A stretch of 63,562 nucleotides of DNA, the filler included, from Octopus bimaculoides (Eukaryota): the NCBI RefSeq assembly GCF_001194135.2. It is 6 parts of 6 records of this genome, joined end to end, with 100 filler letters (N's around TTAATTAATTAA, not from the genome) between each part and the next. Parts side by side here need not be neighbours in the genome. Positions count along the whole stretch, not along the records: positions 60,401 to 63,562 come from NC_068982.1; 5 more parts are not named here. One strand, given 5' to 3'. The notes under the pieces were generated by a model. It was not told the origin of the DNA. It did no database searches and saw only the letters and a list, made by a program, of their open reading frames with translations. Each line of letters starts with the position of its first letter. Position 1 is the stretch's first letter. Positions 60,301 through 63,562 of the stretch are shown piece by piece. Both the position numbers and the translations under genes were made by a program.

Positions 60301-61934
60301 NNNNNNNNNNNNNNNNNNNNNNNNNNNNNNNNNNNNNNNNNNNNTTAATTAATTAANNNNNNNNNNNNNNNNNNNNNNNNNNNNNNNNNNNNNNNNNNNN
60401 ATATTGCCCGGCATGATAACGATTCTGCAAACTCGCCGCCTTAATAACAACAACAATAATAGGGCAGTGGCTCTCATGGCTTCTGATCTTAACTGATTGA
60501 AAGTGTTATCATGTACATTGTTTTGTCTGAGTATAAAAGATGGGCTACAGCAAATATTCTGCTCAATACCACAGATTTGCTTGTCACTTGTTTGACCTTA
60601 ACCAGTTGAGCATGTCCCTTAGTGGCTGACGATATGTGCATCTCTGATCATGAGCAGTAGTAGTGGGAGAACATCGTGGCCATGTGTTGAGAGGAACTCT
60701 TTGGGGTTGGATAATTCACCTTCGGAAACGTGGGTGTTCCATTCAACATCCTCAAACAACCCTTATTCAGGGACCATTTGAGCGGATAGGCTACTCGATG
60801 TGAAGAAAATTCTAACTAGATCCCACCTGCAAGGTCATGCGCTGTTTATCTTGATATGAGATCATTGTGTTGCGCACATATGGTTGTGATGCATGTGCCT
60901 GGTGTACCATTATCAGACGAGTAGTCATGATGTGTATACTGGGCTTCGTATATTTTACCCCAGTGTTACTTTGATGGTATACACTGCTCTCTCACTCAAT
61001 AATAATGATGATGATAATAATAATAATAATAATAATANNNNNNNNNNNNNNNNNNNNNNNNNNNNNNNNNNNNNNNNNNNNNNNNNNNNNNNNNNNNNNN
61101 NNNNNNNNNNNNNNNNNNNNNNNNNNNNNNNNNNNNNNNNNNNNNNNNNNNNNNNNNNNNNNNNNNNNNNNNNNNNNNNNNNNNNNNNNNNNNNNNNNNN
61201 NNNNNNNNNNNNNNNNNNNNNNNNNNNNNNNNNNNNNNNNNNNNNNNNNNNNNNNNNNNNNNNNNNNNNNNNNNNNNNNNNNNNNNNNNNNNNNNNNNNN
61301 NNNNNNNNNNNNNNNNNNNNNNNNNNNNNNNNNNNNNNNNNNNNNNNNNNNNNNNNNNNNNNNNNNNNNNNNNNNNNNNNNNNNNNNNNNNNNNNNNNNN
61401 NNNNNNNNNNNNNNNNNNNNNNNNNNNNNNNNNNNNNNNNNNNNNNNNNNNNNNNNNNNNNNNNNNNNNNNNNNNNNNNNNNNNNNNNNNNNNNNNNNNN
61501 NNNNNNNNNNNNNNNNNNNNNNNNNNNNNNNNNNNNNNNNNNNNNNNNNNNNNNNNNNNNNNNNNNNNNNNNNNNNNNNNNNNNNNNNNNNNNNNNNNNN
61601 NNNNNNNNNNNNNNNNNNNNNNNNNNNNNNNNNNNNNNNNNNNNNNNNNNNNNNNNNNNNNNNNNNNNNNNNNNNNNNNNNNNNNNNNNNNNNNNNNNNN
61701 NNNNNNNNNNNNNNNNNNNNNNNNNNNNNNNNNNNNNNNNNNNNNNNNNNNNNNNNNNNNNNNNNNNNNNNNNNNNNNNNNNNNNNCTACTGGGCACTGC
61801 ACATATCCTACGCAAAACACTTTCAATGCAGTAACCATAAGAGCATCACAGCAAACCACAGCACATACCCAAGGCACACAGAGCTGCGCTCGGTAGTGAA
61901 GTGAAAGCACGTTATAAAAATAAAACTACTGAGC

Positions 61935-62005
<71 letters not shown>

Positions 62006-62199
62006 TAATAATAATAACAGCACCAACAACAACTACAACTATAAAATAATAACATGTTCATATATTTTTACTGTTTTGGATTTTTATAACCTTGAAAACT
62101 CAAAACACCCTGAAACGAATTCTGCATGATAACCTGGTTAAAAGTATGAGGTGGTAAGCGCTTTACTACGATCATGCATATTCACTGGCAGACTCTGAA

Positions 62200-63290
62200 C
62201 AACTCGGAAGATTCTCACCCTGAAACAAGAAATCCTTTGAAGTGAATTTCTTGGATATCATATCAAAGCTGAAATTCTGTACGTCTACTCTTTTCAAAGT
62301 AAGCTTAGCGTACACATAAACGTAAACATAAAAATTTAGATATAAGCACCGATCAGCAAACAACTAGAAGACTCCTTTGATGTAGCGATGAGAACATTCG
62401 ATAGCGCTGATATATGTTTTTTCTAGATATACTTTGTAAGAAATTACCTCTACTAACTTTAGATAGTTGGTGCCTTCGAATTAACGAGAGTGGTAGACGG
62501 CCAAACACTCGATAGGCTCAGGGAGGTCTTAACTCGTGCGCTTAGTTTTCTTGAGCTGGAAGACACATTTGAGACAAAGTTCAAAATAGTTGATTTCCTG
62601 GATATTAATCAAAAGTAACTATAAATCTTTTTGAAAACTAAACGAGAGACTGACATTTATTAATACAACTTCCTGCCATCTAGCCATAGTCTCCAAAAAC
62701 TCGGTGAAGGGGATTAGCAAATGAATCTTTGATGACGCGTTCCCTTATAATAATGAGGCTTTGGCTTCTAATGGTTTCAAATATAGGATTAGTTATATGC
62801 GCGACCTTCACACCACTTTGAAAAAAACGTTACAATAATTCATATAGTCCACAGCCCCATTTTCTCACAATATTAAAATTTTGTGCTGGTAATATTTTTC
62901 TTAATTTAGCGGATAAGTATTTCCACAGATACAAAGATACAGAAAATTTTTTGATAAGGTATATTTTGACGTTCACTTTTAGCTGCACGCATCAAGAAAA
63001 TGTCAGTAAATAGGCTCAAACCTAGCATAGAAGTAGGTTGTTCATGCAGAGTTAAAATCACTAAATCTTCAATGCAATATAGAGAACGTCGTGTATAAGA
63101 CGGGTATAATGTTCAAACCAGTGGGTCGACGAATGGACAAAAGAAAGTAGGCGCGACGGAAGGTTACCTTCAAGATCCGGATCAGCTACCACAAGTCCTC
63201 GTTTAACATCCAGATGTTAACACCACAACTTTAGCCAGACATATATAGACATTGAATGAAAACACTGCACTACATGACATCGAACGGAAA
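62200..63290 (+). mobile_element. Degenerate Penelope-like element (RT plus GIY-YIG)
   Basis: Decayed ..ETKFKIVDFLDI, FINTTSCH and CSCRVK...NVVYK motifs; same type as 39482-39875. Confidence 0.7.
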
Positions 63291-63517
63291 TACTAGAAAA
63301 TGCAGGTTTTACCTTAACAACGGTTGGCGGTGCAGGCACTGTTTAAGATAAGATAAAATATCGGAGTGTCTGTATGGTTAGAAGTGTGCAACACAACTAC
63401 ATATTTCCGGGTTCAGTACCACTGCGAGGCATTTTGAGACAGTGTCTTGTATTAAAGCGCTGGGCTAACCAAAGCCTCATGAGTGGATTTGGTAAACGGA
63501 AACTGAAAGAAGCCTGT

Positions 63518-63562
<45 letters not shown>

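Overview
AT-rich, microsatellite-dense eukaryotic genomic DNA. The SINE families, C2H2 gene style and repeat load suggest a coleoid cephalopod, probably Octopus (inference). The window has many N gaps and five synthetic contig joins (44 N + TTAATTAATTAA + 44 N), so adjacency across them is not guaranteed. Genes: (1) five minus-strand exons (54-6421) of a laminin alpha-3/5 (LanA)-like gene, with clean AG/GT boundaries and one phase break implying an exon lost in a gap; (2) a head-to-head pair of poly-C2H2 zinc-finger genes (43.9-45.4 kb minus, 49.7-51.3 kb plus) from an inverted duplication that also copied the promoter, 5' exon, intron and 3' UTR; (3) an uninterrupted >=1054-codon minus-strand ORF (57127-60300, open into a gap) with about four tandem NHL/beta-propeller-like modules. 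The rest is transposon debris: R4/Dong-like, Tx1/L1-like, CR1-like and Penelope-like retroelements, four SINE families, Merlin-, mariner-, piggyBac- and Helitron-like non-autonomous elements, and a hAT fragment. There are also two minisatellites and several fold-back palindromes. The best non-obvious signals are two type I hammerhead ribozyme folds with intact catalytic cores (9514-9565 and 30972-31044, both minus), the multi-propeller ORF, and the duplicated and decaying ZNF cassette with an orphan third promoter copy.
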